Below are positions 62,054 through 64,000 of a stretch of DNA of 64,000 bases, piece by piece (the stretch's first letter is position 1; every line of letters begins with the position of its first letter). This DNA comes from a virus, in IMG/VR virus record IMGVR_UViG_3300012209_000008, positions 2,026-66,025 of that record. The stretch is one strand, 5' to 3'. Made by a program: the position numbers and the translations under genes. The notes under the pieces were generated by a model. It was not told the origin of the DNA. It saw only the letters and a program-made list of their open reading frames with translations, and made no database searches.

Positions 62054-64000
62054 TACAGAACAAGCTCCCGCTGCTCAGTCGGCGGGAGTGATAGGTAAGA
62101 TACACGCCAATCTCCGTGGCGGTCATATCGCGGACCGCTTTGCGCCGCACCGGGGGCCGCCCCCACTCCGGCAGCACGCTGTGGAAGCGCTCGCTCAGCC
62201 GGTCCAACTCCTGCTGCCACTGGGGCGGACTCAGCGACGGCAAGTTGGGAATGGCCAGCCAGTCCTTGGATGGGTTGGTATCCAGCATCGGGGGCCTCCG
62301 TCGTGAGTTTCCGCACCTTGGTCACGTGGATCTTCCGCCAGTTGTCCTTGATGTAGCCTTGCCACAAGAACCACTCCCCCACCTTGCTCTCCGTCACCAG
62401 CTGGCCATAGGTCGCGTAGGTTCGGCGCCGCATGGTGGCAAAGATGGACGACGAGTCATCCTCTAGCGTGAGGTTAAGAAACAGATTGCCCTCCGTGAGC
62501 ATGGCCGCCTCCGGCGTACAGCCTTGCGCCGCCGCGCGCTTGACCAGGTTGCCATACTCATTCAGGTCCCGAAGGTTCTTTTCCATCAGCTTGCCGAGAA
62601 AGATGTACTCTCCATTGCCGCCGATCTGGGCGATCTCCACCAACGGACCGCTAAGGATGCCGTAGTCTCGCGGCACCCGGTACATCCGCCCGAACCGCCG
62701 ATGAGCCTCAAAGAGGTCATCGAACGGCGTCACGGGATGGGTGAGCAGCTTGACCAGGCCTGGTGTCAGCGGCTCCCCACTCGCACGTTTGGCTAGGATC
62801 TGCGCCGCCTTCTTCTCCCCGATGCCCTTGATGTTGGTCAGCCCCCCGAGCACCACGCCGTCCACCACATCCCAATTCGCGGTGGAGCGCTCCGGATCCA
62901 CCACCTTGAACGGGATCCCTTCCGCTGCCAGCTCCCGGAGGAGCTTGATGCTGTAGCGCTCATCAGCCATCGGATGCCGCAGCGTCGCAGCCGCGAATGC
63001 TAACGAATAATGAGCCTTGAGGACACAGCACCAGTAACTGATCAGCGCGTAGCTCACCGCGTGAGAACGGTTGAAGCTCCACGAACCATGGGTGCAGAGC
63101 TTATTCCAGATGGTCAGTGCTTCTGGCTCAGCGATCCCTTGAGCGAGGGCACCGTTGCGAAACTTCTCCCAGTAGTGGTTGAAAAACTCCTGGCCCAAGC
63201 TCTTGCTCATGGCCTTCCGGAGCTGGCTCACATCCTCCCAACTCAGCTGGCCGAGCCGCCGTCCAATCGCCATCACCTGCTCCTGATAGACAACGGTCCC
63301 GAACGTTCGCGCCGTCACATCAGCGATAGAGGAATGGAGGGGAACCACAACGGCTTTTCCGTTCCGTCGGTCCAAGAACTCCTGAGCTGCCCCGCAATGC
63401 AATGGACCAGGACGCGCCAACGAAGTGATCGACACCAAGTCCTCAAAGGACTCGATCGGCATCTGGCGGGTGAGGTTCTGGAGCGCATAGCCTTCCCACT
63501 GGAAGATGCCGGAGAACTTCTCGCGGCTGAGGACACGGAAGGCCGCGGCATCGTCCAGGGGATAGTGGAGCAGCCAGTCCACCGGCTTGCCGATCAGCCC
63601 CAGCGCGTCCTGCAGCACGGTCAACGTCCGGAGCCCGAGCACATCGATCTTGAGGAGGTTCAGCGTCTCCGCCGCACTCTTGTCTACCTGGGCACAGCCC
63701 CGGTGATCCAGAGAGACGATCTCCACGAGGGGCTGCGCCGTCACCACGTACCCCGCCGCATGGGTCCCGCCGTAGCGTGCGTGGCCCTCTAGCTGCCCGG
63801 CCACTACCAGCCCGGGATACTTGGCCTTGAGCCGCTTGCCAACCTCCATCGTGTCCAAGGCATCCGTTACGGAGAACTGCGCCCGCGCATCGCCCGTAGA
63901 CCGCTTAATGATGGCGCCCTGCAGCTCATCCAACTCCACCTTGGGGATCTGGAGGAAGCGCCCCGTCTCGCCCAAGGCACTATCGGCCTTGTGGCGGTTG
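62050..64000 (-). CDS. dnaE: DNA polymerase III alpha subunit (DnaE-type), 5' part outside window
   Basis: GTHAAGYVV, KIDVLGLRTL, GIFQWE, RPGPL, TFGTVVYQEQVM, FNRSHAVSYA, GLTNIKGIGEK and a C-terminal OB fold. Confidence 0.93.
   Translation of the reverse strand, partial: NRHKADSALGETGRFLQIPKVELDELQGAIIKRSTGDARAQFSVTDALDTMEVGKRLKAKYPGLVVAGQLEGHARYGGTHAAGYVVTAQPLVEIVSLDHRGCAQVDKSAAETLNLLKIDVLGLRTLTVLQDALGLIGKPVDWLLHYPLDDAAAFRVLSREKFSGIFQWEGYALQNLTRQMPIESFEDLVSITSLARPGPLHCGAAQEFLDRRNGKAVVVPLHSSIADVTARTFGTVVYQEQVMAIGRRLGQLSWEDVSQLRKAMSKSLGQEFFNHYWEKFRNGALAQGIAEPEALTIWNKLCTHGSWSFNRSHAVSYALISYWCCVLKAHYSLAFAAATLRHPMADERYSIKLLRELAAEGIPFKVVDPERSTANWDVVDGVVLGGLTNIKGIGEKKAAQILAKRASGEPLTPGLVKLLTHPVTPFDDLFEAHRRFGRMYRVPRDYGILSGPLVEIAQIGGNGEYIFLGKLMEKNLRDLNEYGNLVKRAAAQGCTPEAAMLTEGNLFLNLTLEDDSSSIFATMRRRTYATYGQLVTESKVGEWFLWQGYIKDNWRKIHVTKVRKLTTEAPDAGYQPIQGLAGHSQLAVAESAPVAAGVGPAERALPQRAAGVGAAPGAAQSGPRYDRHGDWRVSYLSLPPTEQRELVLY

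Noticed and set aside
1-64000. Integrase, repressor or att site (prophage)
   Set aside because: I recognised no tyrosine or serine recombinase motifs and no long direct repeats in the window.

Overview
Nearly the whole window is one GC-rich tailed dsDNA phage, probably a siphovirus, and probably most of its genome; I saw no host housekeeping genes and no integrase. Layout: (i) 1-12250, minus strand: nucleotide metabolism and replication (YkgJ Fe-S protein, DUF1599, ThyX, FAD oxidoreductase, RusA-like, Prim-Pol/DnaB primase-helicase, a single-strand annealing protein). (ii) 12900-21800, plus strand: small early genes, several preceded by a shared AGCGTATCGTGTAC motif. (iii) 21900-54000, minus strand: lysis, tail, head, portal and terminase. 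(iv) 54000-64000, minus strand: secreted Ig-like protein, sigma-like regulator, TerS, HNH and a DnaE-type polymerase cut by the window edge. The standout is 9470-11997: a single 214-aa Cas7/RAMP-like gene flanked by three arrays (63, 91 and 11 units) of 5-nt GGY-NN repeats with constant GGY and variable dinucleotides. This looks like a non-CRISPR RNA-guided system and matches what I recall as the recently described VIPR systems. There are also four non-canonical tRNA-like elements, two of them inside large structured intergenic RNAs that share a loop-E-type core. All family calls come from motif recognition by eye; no database search or folding program was run.
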